From: an uncultured Candidatus Saccharibacteria bacterium | Lineage (GTDB): Bacteria > Patescibacteriota > Minisyncoccia > SW-4-49-11 | Assembly: GCA_964633865.1 (NCBI GenBank) | Contig: CAZWIJ010000002.1 | Span: forward strand, 64,628 to 128,627 | Reading direction: 5' to 3' | Length of the DNA: 64,000 nucleotides | Shown: positions 1-9,071 of the stretch, piece by piece | How the letters are laid out: the number at the start of each line of letters is the position of its first letter | Position numbering within the stretch: the stretch's first letter is position 1 | Position numbers and translations under genes: made by a program | Notes under the pieces: model-generated | Databases searched by the model: none | What the model saw: the letters and a program-made list of their open reading frames with translations, nothing else | What the model was told of the DNA's origin: nothing

Positions 1-163
1 TAACATATCTATTATATCAGGATATAGGAGGTTTATCAAATAAGATAAAATTAATAAATAAAAAAAATCTTCTCAGAAGTATGAAAACTGAGAAGATTTT
101 TAGAATACCTGAAACAACTAAAGTTTAATTATAATATAATTAAAAATAATGAAATAATTTGTG

Positions 164-277
164 TTATAAACAAGTTTGCAAAATAACTTGTCTACATATA
201 TATTATACATCTCTTACAATAATATTGCAACACAAACTTATCAACATTATTGTGGATAACTCTATTATTTATCCACA
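164..277. promoter_or_regulatory. DnaA-box cluster (candidate oriC or DnaA-bound region)
   Basis: Perfect TTATCCACA at 269-277 and its reverse complement TGTGGATAA at 251-259; near-matches TTATCAACA 238-246 and TTATAAACA 164-172; AT-rich non-coding context. Confidence 0.55.
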
Positions 278-365
278 GATACCATTTTATAAAGATTATA
301 GTTTAAATTTTTGTTTATATAATAAATTTCTAATTTCAACTAAAAAAGCTCAATATAAGATTCTA

Positions 366-716
366 TTAATTTACAAAAACAGTATTTTTTACTTTCCATT
401 TTTTAAGAGATATAAATATCCAAAAAGAGTAAATACCCAATGTTATAACTAAAAGAAATAACCATTTTATCCATAAACCAAATAATCCTATTCCTGTACC
501 ATTAAATTTTAACCTTTTTCCATTAATAATGGTATGATTTATTTCCCAACCATAAACCAAGCATAATGCCCAAGGGAATCCAATCCCAAATGTGAGAAAT
601 GTAATTAAAAAACCCAGTATATTTATACCTATAAAAGATAATAATCCTCCATCGAATTTTGATTCTCCTAATGCTCCATTATCAACGGAACTACTAATAT
701 TACTTTGCTCTACCAT
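366..716 (-). CDS. DUF898/YjgN-family small membrane protein
   Basis: SKFDGG...ITFLTFGIGFPWA and LKFNGTG...ITLGIYSFW repeated transmembrane motif. Confidence 0.75.
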   Translation of the reverse strand: MVEQSNISSSVDNGALGESKFDGGLLSFIGINILGFLITFLTFGIGFPWALCLVYGWEINHTIINGKRLKFNGTGIGLFGLWIKWLFLLVITLGIYSFWIFISLKKWKVKNTVFVN

Positions 717-854
717 AAATGCTATTTAATTATAAATATAAAAATTACCTATATACCCATTTTACAATATTTATACTAAAAATACTATATATAGTCTATT
801 TCCCAAACTCCCCCAATTATGCTAAAATAAAAATAAGTTTAAAAAATTAGAGTT

Positions 855-3800
855 ATGCAAGAGATTATCCAAAATTATCTAAACAATATCCAATCCCTCT
901 ATCAATCAGGCAATGCACGAGAACATGCTTATCGGCCTGCCTTCCAAACCTTGATTGAGAATCTAATCGTTGATATTCAAGTTATAAATGAACCATCTTA
1001 TACTGGTGGAAATGCACCCGACTTTCTTTTCAAAAAAGGAGATATACCTATTGCTTATGCAGAATGTAAAGATATAAATATAGATATCAATTCAAAATCA
1101 GTCCAAGCACAAGCCCAAAGATATGTAGATGCATTTGGTAAAATTTTGCTTACCAATTACTATGATTTCCAAATTATGATAGAAAATCAAGACCCTGTCT
1201 TCTTTTCTATAGCCAAATTAGAAAATAACAAATTTATCTTAGATGAAGAGAATTTAGATCAAAATCTAAATCTACTCCGAGATTATCTCTCCCCAACTCC
1301 TCGTACAATCCGCTCTTCCCAAAAACTAGCCGAAATAATGGCAAACAAAGCAAGAATCCTAAGAGACACAGCCAAAGCTTCGCTTACCGAAAATCCAAAT
1401 TCGGATATTCAAGCTCAATATCAGACTTTCAAACAAATTTTGATAAATGATTTGTCCGAAGATGATTTCGCTGATATGTATGCCCAAACTTTGGTTTATG
1501 GGCTTTTTGTAGCTAGATATCATGATTCTACATTACCAACCTTCTCAAGATATGAGGCTCAAGATCTTTTACCACAGACCAACCCTTTATTAAAAAAATT
1601 CTTTGGTCATATTGCTGGAACAGATTATGACCCCAAAATTGCTTGGTTAGTGGATAGCTTAGTAGAAGCTTATCTTTCTACCAATGTAGCAGAACTAATG
1701 CATACTGAATTTACTAGCAAAGAAAAAGACCCTATTCTACATTTTTATGAGACATTCCTATCCAAATATGATTCCCTATTAAGAAAAAGTCGTGGAGTTT
1801 ATTATACACCCAAAGCCGTAGTCTCTTTTATGGTGAGAGCCGTTGATCAGATTTTACAGGCAAAATTTAATCTTCCACAAGGTTTGGCAGATACCAGTGT
1901 GATTGAATATGAGAAAAAAATTCAAGCAAATGATGCCAGAACCAAAGATAATCTAAAGAAAATCAAAATACAAATTCCCAAAGTCCAAATACTAGATCCA
2001 GCTGTAGGAACAGGGACTTTCTTAGATGAAGTCATAAAACAAATTCATACCAAATTCCGAGGCCAAGAAGGGCTTTGGTCAAGTTATGTCAGTAATCATT
2101 TGATCAATAGACTACACGGATTCGAGCTGATGATGACAAGCTATACAATGGCTCATCTCAAATTAGGTATAACCTTAGACGAGTTAGGTTACAAAGGGAA
2201 AGATAGGTTGTCAGTTTGGCTTACCAATAGTTTGGAAGAAGGTGTCCACGAAGTGCCAAATTTATTTATGTCTCAGTGGCTCACCGAAGAATCCAATCAA
2301 GCTTCCAGAATAAAATCAGAAATGCCGATTATGGTAGTTTTGGGAAATCCACCGTATGCGGTTAGCTCTTCTAATAAAGGAGAATCTATCACAAAACTTA
2401 TTCAAGACTACAAAAAGGATCTGAATGAAAGAAAGATAAATTTAGATGATGATTATATAAAATTTATAAGATTTGCTGAGGATCAAATAGAAAAAACAGG
2501 TTATGGAATAGTCGCTATGATTACCAATAATTCTTTTATTGATGGGATTACTCATAGACAAATGAGAAAACATTTGATGCAGACTTTTGATCAAATTTAT
2601 ATATTAGATTTACACGGAAATTCTAAGAAAAAAGAAACTGCCCCAGATGGCTCAGCAGACCAAAATGTCTTTGATATTATGCAAGGAGTTAGTATCAATA
2701 TTTTTGTTAAAAATAAGAGCGAGTTGCAAAAATTACCCTCCAAAAAAGATTTAGCCGAAATTTATCATTCAGAAATTTTTGGGAAAAGACAAGCTAAATT
2801 TGACTTCCTGAACCAAATCAACTTTAATTCTATCAATTGGCAAAAATTAAATCCTTTAGGACCTTATTACTTTTTTGTACCTAAGGATTTTAAAGATCAA
2901 ATTGAGTATGAGAAAGGCTTTAAAGTTAGTGAATTGTTTGAGGTTAATACAAGTGGAGTAAAAACTCATCATGATAAAGAATTAGTTTCTACTTCAAAAT
3001 TTAATACCGAATATAACTTAAGTTATAACTATAGAGCTTTTGATAATCATTTTATAAATTATGATAGAAATTTAGTTGAAAGAGATAGATATAATGTTAT
3101 GAAACATTTTATCTTAGGTGATAATTTAGGATTAATTTTTAGAAGAACAATAGAAAATACAAAAAATTGGCATCATATACATATTACGAAAAACATGATG
3201 GACATTAATTTTCTATCTGCTCAAACTTATAATTTCCCACTTTATCTTTATACTCAGGCAAGCTCAGCAGAACTTAAGACCTCCTCTCAAACCACCCCGC
3301 CCTTTGGGCACCCCTCCATCGGAGGGGAATTAAAGACCTATTCTAACTCCTCCTTTGGAGGAGAAAATTCCTCTTCTTTGAAGGGGTGGACTGCGGAGCA
3401 GAACGGGGTAGTCAAAAAACCTAATCTAAATCTAGAAATAGTAAAAGAAATTGAGGGTAAATTAGGGTTGAGATTTATTCATGATTTAGAGAATAAACCA
3501 CCCCGCCTTACAGGCACCCCTCCGACGGAGGGGAATAATAACATCTACTCTAACTTCTCCAAAGGAGAAGAAAATTCCCCTTCTTTGAAGGGGTGGCAGT
3601 CGCAGAATGACGGGGTAGTTAGTTCTGAAGATGATAAACCCCAGTCTGTCGGAATAGTTAAAAATGAAACTACTAGAAATACTTTAAACTATAAAAGTTT
3701 ACCTTTTAATCATAAACTACAAGATAGAGCTAAAGAATTAAGAAAAGCAGGTAATTTGGCAGAAGTTGTATTTTGGAATCAAGTTAAATCTAAAAAATTT

Positions 3801-4619
3801 AAAAATTATGATTTTGACCGCCAAAAAATAATAGGAAATTATATTGTAGATTTTTATTGTACAAATTGTAATGTAATTATTGAAATTGATGGAAGTAGCC
3901 ATAATGACAAACAAGAATATGATACAGAAAGAGATTTATATTTAGAAAGTTTAGGACTTACTGTTATTCATATACTAGACACTGATGTACTTAATAATTT
4001 AGATTCTGTAATGGAAATGTTATCAAGTCACCCAGCCTTAGAAAACAAACTAACTCACATTTCAGATACTTCCTCTCAAACCACCCCGTCCTTTGGGCAC
4101 CCCTCCATCGGAGGGGAATTACTAACTTTCACTCCCCTAGATTTACTAGATTATATCTATGCTGTACTCCATAATCCAGACTATAGAGATAAATACAAAG
4201 AATTCCTAAAAATAGATTTCCCAAGAGTTCCTTATCCAGAAGATCAGGAGAAATTTTGGCAACTTGTCAAATTAGGTGGAGAGTTAAGAGAACTTCATTT
4301 ATTAGAGTCTCCCAAAGTGAATGAATATATCACACAATATCCAATTGATGGAGATAATATAGTTAGTAAAGTTAGATTTGAAAAGTCTATTTCTGAAGAT
4401 GTAGGCAAAGTCTATATCAATGAAACTCAATATTTTGATAATGTACCGATTATAGCTTGGGAATTCTACATTGGAGGTTATCAACCAGCTCAAAAATGGC
4501 TAAAAGACAGAAAAAACAAAACTTTATCTATTGATGATATTCTTCACTACCAAAAAATTATTGTTGTTCTTTCAAAAACAAATCAGATTATAGGGGAGAT
4601 AAGTGCGTTGCCGATATAA
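855..4619 (+). CDS. Type IIG/ISP-like restriction-modification enzyme (nuclease + N6-adenine MTase + specificity domain) with in-frame REP/DUF559 insertions
   Basis: N-terminal PDF...AECK nuclease motif, GVYYTP, motif I DPAVGTGTF, motif IV NPPY, C-terminal DYIYAVLH...FLKIDFPRVP and IGGYQPAQKWLKDRK. Confidence 0.9.
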   Translation: MQEIIQNYLNNIQSLYQSGNAREHAYRPAFQTLIENLIVDIQVINEPSYTGGNAPDFLFKKGDIPIAYAECKDINIDINSKSVQAQAQRYVDAFGKILLTNYYDFQIMIENQDPVFFSIAKLENNKFILDEENLDQNLNLLRDYLSPTPRTIRSSQKLAEIMANKARILRDTAKASLTENPNSDIQAQYQTFKQILINDLSEDDFADMYAQTLVYGLFVARYHDSTLPTFSRYEAQDLLPQTNPLLKKFFGHIAGTDYDPKIAWLVDSLVEAYLSTNVAELMHTEFTSKEKDPILHFYETFLSKYDSLLRKSRGVYYTPKAVVSFMVRAVDQILQAKFNLPQGLADTSVIEYEKKIQANDARTKDNLKKIKIQIPKVQILDPAVGTGTFLDEVIKQIHTKFRGQEGLWSSYVSNHLINRLHGFELMMTSYTMAHLKLGITLDELGYKGKDRLSVWLTNSLEEGVHEVPNLFMSQWLTEESNQASRIKSEMPIMVVLGNPPYAVSSSNKGESITKLIQDYKKDLNERKINLDDDYIKFIRFAEDQIEKTGYGIVAMITNNSFIDGITHRQMRKHLMQTFDQIYILDLHGNSKKKETAPDGSADQNVFDIMQGVSINIFVKNKSELQKLPSKKDLAEIYHSEIFGKRQAKFDFLNQINFNSINWQKLNPLGPYYFFVPKDFKDQIEYEKGFKVSELFEVNTSGVKTHHDKELVSTSKFNTEYNLSYNYRAFDNHFINYDRNLVERDRYNVMKHFILGDNLGLIFRRTIENTKNWHHIHITKNMMDINFLSAQTYNFPLYLYTQASSAELKTSSQTTPPFGHPSIGGELKTYSNSSFGGENSSSLKGWTAEQNGVVKKPNLNLEIVKEIEGKLGLRFIHDLENKPPRLTGTPPTEGNNNIYSNFSKGEENSPSLKGWQSQNDGVVSSEDDKPQSVGIVKNETTRNTLNYKSLPFNHKLQDRAKELRKAGNLAEVVFWNQVKSKKFKNYDFDRQKIIGNYIVDFYCTNCNVIIEIDGSSHNDKQEYDTERDLYLESLGLTVIHILDTDVLNNLDSVMEMLSSHPALENKLTHISDTSSQTTPSFGHPSIGGELLTFTPLDLLDYIYAVLHNPDYRDKYKEFLKIDFPRVPYPEDQEKFWQLVKLGGELRELHLLESPKVNEYITQYPIDGDNIVSKVRFEKSISEDVGKVYINETQYFDNVPIIAWEFYIGGYQPAQKWLKDRKNKTLSIDDILHYQKIIVVLSKTNQIIGEISALPI
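3291..3412. repeat. REP-like inverted doublet 1 (REPIN-like), read in frame inside the R-M gene
   Basis: ACCACCCCGCCCTTTGGGCACCCCTCCATCGGAGGGGAATT (3291-3331) plus inverted homolog 3366-3412; central hairpin CTCCTCC-TTT-GGAGGAG. Confidence 0.85.
3497..3619. repeat. REP-like inverted doublet 2
   Basis: ACCACCCCGCCTTACAGGCACCCCTCCGACGGAGGGGAAT (3497-3536) plus inverted homolog 3573-3619; central hairpin CTTCTCC-AAA-GGAGAAG. Confidence 0.85.
4071..4121 (+). repeat. REP-like copy 5; 51-bp direct repeat of 3282-3332
   Basis: 50 of 51 nt identical; encodes SSQTTP(P/S)FGHPSIGGEL twice in the protein. Confidence 0.9.
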
Positions 4620-4681
4620 AAAAATTTGTATAATAAAAATAGATATAGGGAAAGTCTCTATGTTTATTAATTTATACAATT

Positions 4682-5215
4682 ATGAATAATTTCATATTAT
4701 TTGACAACAACTACAAGAAAACATTTTTTGTATTATCTTTAATAGGAATACTTACTTCTTATGGATTAGATTTTTATAAAATAGGAAATAATAATATAAT
4801 ATATTTGGCAATTTACTTAGTTATAGTAGGAATAAGTGTATTTGATATAAAAAGTATTGCTTTTGATAAACTAAAAATAGAATTTAATAAAGTGAAAGAA
4901 CAAATAGAAACAATATCCTTTTTAAGTTTTATTTTAGCTAGTAGATGGGATGGTCCAGAATTAGATAAAATAAAAAATTTTTTAATAAAAGAATATATAC
5001 CAAAGATTCAATCTCCACAAACACAAGATGTAATCAATTATATGAATGCATGGGAAGATTTTGATAATTATCATTATGAACATGCTATAAGCAGTATAAA
5101 AGATGAAGAAGTTAGAAAACAAAAAGAAAATTATGCAGAAAAGAAATTATCAAAAGCAACCGATGAATTTTTAGATAAAATTAGAAAAAAAAATTCACCA
5201 AGAAACCTTTATTGA
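4682..5215 (+). CDS. Hypothetical 2-TM membrane protein
   Basis: Two N-terminal hydrophobic helices plus charged C-terminal domain; immediately downstream of the R-M gene. Confidence 0.65.
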   Translation: MNNFILFDNNYKKTFFVLSLIGILTSYGLDFYKIGNNNIIYLAIYLVIVGISVFDIKSIAFDKLKIEFNKVKEQIETISFLSFILASRWDGPELDKIKNFLIKEYIPKIQSPQTQDVINYMNAWEDFDNYHYEHAISSIKDEEVRKQKENYAEKKLSKATDEFLDKIRKKNSPRNLY

Positions 5216-5246
5216 TGAGTCACATAAAATAGTTTATAATTTATCA

Positions 5247-5373
5247 TAGATAAGACCACTGTAGATTGAGTTAGATGTTCCCATCCATAGGTTGGCAAAA
5301 GCTATGATTTATAGATAGAAAGTCTAACCAGAAAAAATCTACAGGGCTCTCCCCTCTTAATTGAGGGGTTTTT
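5247..5373 (+). ncRNA. Candidate structured sRNA
   Basis: TTGATG(5212)-17-TATAAT(5235); nested stems CTGTAGATT/AATCTACAG, GTTAGA/TCTAAC, CATAG/CTATG; terminator CCCCTC-TTAATT-GAGGGG-TTTTT; no convincing ORF. Confidence 0.55.
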
Positions 5374-5456
5374 ATTTATATTATTTTCTCTAAAGAAATA
5401 CATCTTTTATAATTCTTAATGATCCTTATCTTACTATAATATTTTGTTAAGATATA

Positions 5457-5509
5457 TTGACAAAATAACTAAAATATGTTATAGTTAGCTAGTAAATGTA
5501 CTTTCACAA
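5457..5509 (+). promoter_or_regulatory. sigma70 promoter + boxA-like motif
   Basis: TTGACA(5457)-17-TATAGT(5480); TGTACTTTCACAA 5497-5509. Confidence 0.65.
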
Positions 5510-5519
5510 GAGAAAAATT

Positions 5520-7460
5520 ATGACCACTTTACTACCTATTTCTAGTTTCAAATCTCAGATTTTAGATTCAGTTTCTAATAATTCTGTGGTGATCATCACT
5601 GCGGAAACCGGAGCTGGAAAATCAACTCAAGTGCCACAATTCCTAGTGAATTCTGGCTATCGTGTGGTTGTAACCCAACCAAGGAGGCTGGCTGCCACTT
5701 CCGTGGCTGAAAGAGTGGCTGAAGAAATGGGGTGTAAACTCGGAACTTTTATCGGTTATCGTACCGGTGAAGAATCCTGTTGTTCCAATGGCACTCGCGG
5801 GTTATTCGTAACCGATGGGTTACAACTTGTTCGTGAGTTGACCTCTGGAGGTCAGACTGATGTACTAATCATTGATGAGGTTCACGAATGGAACCTCAAT
5901 ATTGAAGTATTAGTTGCTTGGTGTCGTCATCAGCAACAGCTTGGGTCACCTCTCAAGGTAGTGCTGATGAGTGCTACGATGGAGGCGGAAAAGTTGGCCG
6001 AATATTTTGGCAATGCTCCAATAATTTCCGTCCCAGGACGAACTTTTCCAGTGGAAGAAAAACAGGATACAAGTGATTCTGTAGTAGCTAATGTGAAAGC
6101 ATTGGTGGCTGAAAATCGTAATATTTTGGTTTTCCAACCTGGTAAAGCTGAGATTGAAGAGTGTATCTATGAAATTTCTCAAGAGATTGGAGAAAAAGCA
6201 GTCCTATTACCTTTACACGGTAATTTGACTTCTGAGGAACAACATAAAGTTTTTCAAAACTATAACCTTCCTAAGGTTGTAGTTGCCACCAATGTAGCTC
6301 AAACTTCAATCACTATTCCTGACATTGATGCCGTAATTGACACAGGAGTTGAAAGACGGATTGAGTTATCGGACGGTATTGAAGGATTGTACTTGAAAGA
6401 AATTTCTCGTGCAGACTGTATGCAACGAAAAGGTCGTGCAGGCCGAACAAAAGAAGGGATCTATATCTTATGTAGTGAGACTTCTTTGGAGGATCGTAAT
6501 GAATTTCCAAGGTCTGAAATTGAAAGATCTCGTTTGGATCAAATGGTATTGAGACTCGCTGTCGCTGGATTTGATGCCTCAGAGTTAGATTTCTTCCATG
6601 ACCCTGGTCATACCATTATTCTTGAGGCAAAAAGAACATTACAGGTTCTTGGAGCTCTTGATCACGATGGCGAGGTGACTCAGATTGGTCGTCAGATGTC
6701 TCATCTTCCCCTCTCTGTCCAATTCTCCCGTATGGTAGTGGAAGCTGCTCGTTATGGAGTCTTGGATGAAGTCATAACAGTAGCTGCTATTCTTGAAGTT
6801 GGTGGTATCACTGCTCGAGACGGTCGTTGGGGTAAGTTGACCAAAGAGCATGATTCAGATTTATTGGCACAACTTGATGTATATCAAAAGGCATGTGAGT
6901 TGCACAAGTCTGAGTTACATGAAAGCGGGATTTGGGTAAAAAACTTTTACCGAGTAAAAGAGCTTCGTCGTAAGCTCTGGAAATCGGTGAAAGGCTTAAA
7001 ATCCACTCCTCCCATTGTAGATGAAGCCTCTTCTCGTGATATGATCAAAAAAGCCTGCTTAGCAGGCATGGTAGATCATGTATACCAATCACGAGGTCGA
7101 AGACTCTACTCTAATGGAGACTATGTTATGAGACAGATTGCTCGTGAATCAGTAGTTGTCGGCGATGAGATTGTGGTAGGGCTTCCTTTGGACATCCAGA
7201 TTCGCTCTGGCAGAACTCTGAATTTGATTCAGATGGTGACCAAAGTGGATCTAGAAACTCTAAAAGAAGTTGCTCCTCAACTATTCGAGTTTGACGAAAA
7301 CTATACTCAATATGATGTCAGAAATGATGTTGTAAAAAGTCAAGGCTCAGTCAAATTCAATGGACAAGTAATTCAGTCTAATATATCTCAACCTTGTGCT
7401 GACAAAGCCAAGGCTACAGAAGTATTGGCTGAATACTTAGCTTGTCAGACAACTCGTTAA
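5520..7460 (+). CDS. DEAH-box RNA helicase, HrpA/HrpB-like (start moved to ATG 5520)
   Basis: GAGKST, TQPRR, DEVH, SAT, ATNVAQTSITI, QRKGRAGR, HA2-like region. Confidence 0.9.
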   Translation: MTTLLPISSFKSQILDSVSNNSVVIITAETGAGKSTQVPQFLVNSGYRVVVTQPRRLAATSVAERVAEEMGCKLGTFIGYRTGEESCCSNGTRGLFVTDGLQLVRELTSGGQTDVLIIDEVHEWNLNIEVLVAWCRHQQQLGSPLKVVLMSATMEAEKLAEYFGNAPIISVPGRTFPVEEKQDTSDSVVANVKALVAENRNILVFQPGKAEIEECIYEISQEIGEKAVLLPLHGNLTSEEQHKVFQNYNLPKVVVATNVAQTSITIPDIDAVIDTGVERRIELSDGIEGLYLKEISRADCMQRKGRAGRTKEGIYILCSETSLEDRNEFPRSEIERSRLDQMVLRLAVAGFDASELDFFHDPGHTIILEAKRTLQVLGALDHDGEVTQIGRQMSHLPLSVQFSRMVVEAARYGVLDEVITVAAILEVGGITARDGRWGKLTKEHDSDLLAQLDVYQKACELHKSELHESGIWVKNFYRVKELRRKLWKSVKGLKSTPPIVDEASSRDMIKKACLAGMVDHVYQSRGRRLYSNGDYVMRQIARESVVVGDEIVVGLPLDIQIRSGRTLNLIQMVTKVDLETLKEVAPQLFEFDENYTQYDVRNDVVKSQGSVKFNGQVIQSNISQPCADKAKATEVLAEYLACQTTR

Positions 7461-7588
7461 TTTTATTTATAGTGCCAATATATTATATATTGGTACATTC
7501 CTGAAGTTTTGAAAGATCATAATTTGTTCTTTTCAAGATTTCAGTGAATGTAATTTTACAATTTAATTTTTTCTGGAGAATTTTTATT

Positions 7589-8953
7589 ATGGATTTCGCT
7601 ACTATTATTTCTTTCAATAAAGCTATTTTGAAAACTGCTCGTGAGATGAATCTCCGAGCCAACCAAGATATTTTCACTGTTAAATCTGAGCAGGAAATGA
7701 AAGAGTTTTACTTGAAAGCTCTAGCTGGAGCAACCACTATGACTGAAGTCAAAGATTGGGAAGCTCTAAAGCTCCCCGCTCTTGATCAAGATATGATCCT
7801 CTTAATTGAGGAAGAATATCCCACAGTTATATTACTGGGAGATTCAGAGATTCAGGCAGAATACACTATGTGGAGTAAAAATGCTCCAATGGTTAATTTC
7901 AAATTTTCTGAAGAATCTTTAATTAAAGCTTTTGAGAATAACTGGAAAATTCCATTCGATACCGAAGGACGATATAAAAGATTTTCTTATAACAATTTTA
8001 TAGAAGCTTCCTTAGAAGAACTCTATCATAAAGTTGTAAGTGAAGAAGTGAACTCGAAACTTCGCAAACTTAACCAAAGTCTTGAAGAAACTACCTTTAG
8101 TTCTCTTCGTGAGATTGCTCCCAATCAACTTGGAGCATGTCAGACCGTTCAAATTATGAATCAAGAATTTGAGGTCTACAAAGCACTCCGATTTTCCTAT
8201 GGGGAATACTTCTTCCAACTCTGTCAAGAGAAGGAAGAAGCACTAGAGGGCACTATTTCTACATTAAACAGTTATTGGGATTTAAAAACCAATAATATGA
8301 TTAATGAGATTATTGGTCAAGAATTCTTCACTGAGAATTGGCTACGACGAGATTCTTTCCTGAATTCTATCAAAGCTCAACTTGAGCAATTGTCTGAAGA
8401 ATGGAAAGAAAATCCCGGATTGATTCTCGAGTCTCTGGAGAAATTTCAAAACTTACTCAACTCTTTTGTAGATGCTTTTATCCTAGAATACTCTGTATTT
8501 GAAAAAAGATACGAGTCTCTAAACGATAAAAAAAATTCCATGAGTATGTCATGGGAAATTCGAGAAGAGGTTGGAGAATTACTTTGGAATACTTCCCTGA
8601 CGGGAATTTTATCTGAAGAATCCAAAAAATTGGATAAGGCAGAAAGACTACTTAATTCAGTTAGCAATGCTTCTGAACTTAAAGAGGAGGAAGAAGATCT
8701 AGAAGATAATTCTGGGGAAGAAGTTGTCTTTACTGATATTGGCAATCGATATTTCACTTGTCAATGTGGGTATAACAATCGTCTAACAAAATCTGCTTTC
8801 AAAGCCTATCAAGTAGGAGAAATCCTAGAAATTGAGTGTGGAGGTTGCGGAGGATATGGAGAAATTAAAAAATCTCAATCCTCCGACAAAAAACCCAAAG
8901 ATAGTGATCTTAGCTCTAGCTTAGATGCTATCCGTCAAAAATGGGGTAAATAA
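7589..8953 (+). CDS. Hypothetical protein with C-terminal Zn-ribbon; possibly split C-terminal part or partner of the helicase
   Basis: ATG 7589 with GGAG at 7575; CQCG...CGGCG motif; codon style similar to the helicase. Confidence 0.7.
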   Translation: MDFATIISFNKAILKTAREMNLRANQDIFTVKSEQEMKEFYLKALAGATTMTEVKDWEALKLPALDQDMILLIEEEYPTVILLGDSEIQAEYTMWSKNAPMVNFKFSEESLIKAFENNWKIPFDTEGRYKRFSYNNFIEASLEELYHKVVSEEVNSKLRKLNQSLEETTFSSLREIAPNQLGACQTVQIMNQEFEVYKALRFSYGEYFFQLCQEKEEALEGTISTLNSYWDLKTNNMINEIIGQEFFTENWLRRDSFLNSIKAQLEQLSEEWKENPGLILESLEKFQNLLNSFVDAFILEYSVFEKRYESLNDKKNSMSMSWEIREEVGELLWNTSLTGILSEESKKLDKAERLLNSVSNASELKEEEEDLEDNSGEEVVFTDIGNRYFTCQCGYNNRLTKSAFKAYQVGEILEIECGGCGGYGEIKKSQSSDKKPKDSDLSSSLDAIRQKWGK

Positions 8954-8961
8954 TTTATCCT

Positions 8962-8998
8962 AAAGGAGAGTACACCTTGTACATCTCCTTTTTTATTT
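8962..8998 (+). terminator. Intrinsic terminator
   Basis: AAAGGAGA-GTACA...TGTAC-A-TCTCCTTT followed by T-tract. Confidence 0.7.
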
Positions 8999-9071
8999 TG
9001 ATAGTAATATTTGACAGAATAGAAAATTAATGATACTCTAAAAAAGCACATTTAGATTCTGAGATTAAACT

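Larger units (their letters stand above)
3497..4121 (+). mobile_element. Putative REP-flanked DUF559 (Vsr-like) endonuclease insertion, in frame in host gene
   Basis: Domain ~3699-4022: RAKELRK...AE..FW...FDRQ.IIGNYIVDFYC...IEIDGSSH...D.ERD.YLESLGL; bounded by REP copies. Confidence 0.75.

Noticed and set aside
159-452. 97-aa plus-strand ORF
   Set aside because: Runs through the DnaA boxes and antisense into the DUF898 gene; composition is typical of translated AT-rich non-coding DNA.
3282-4121. CRISPR array or intein interpretation of the repeats/insertion
   Set aside because: Repeats alternate in orientation with irregular spacing and no cas genes are present; no Cys/Ser...His-Asn splice-junction motifs.
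7455-7642. Ribosomal bypass joining the helicase and the next ORF (CGT before the stop, CGT at 7640)
   Set aside because: The downstream ORF has its own GGAG and ATG at 7589; a matching codon alone is weak evidence.
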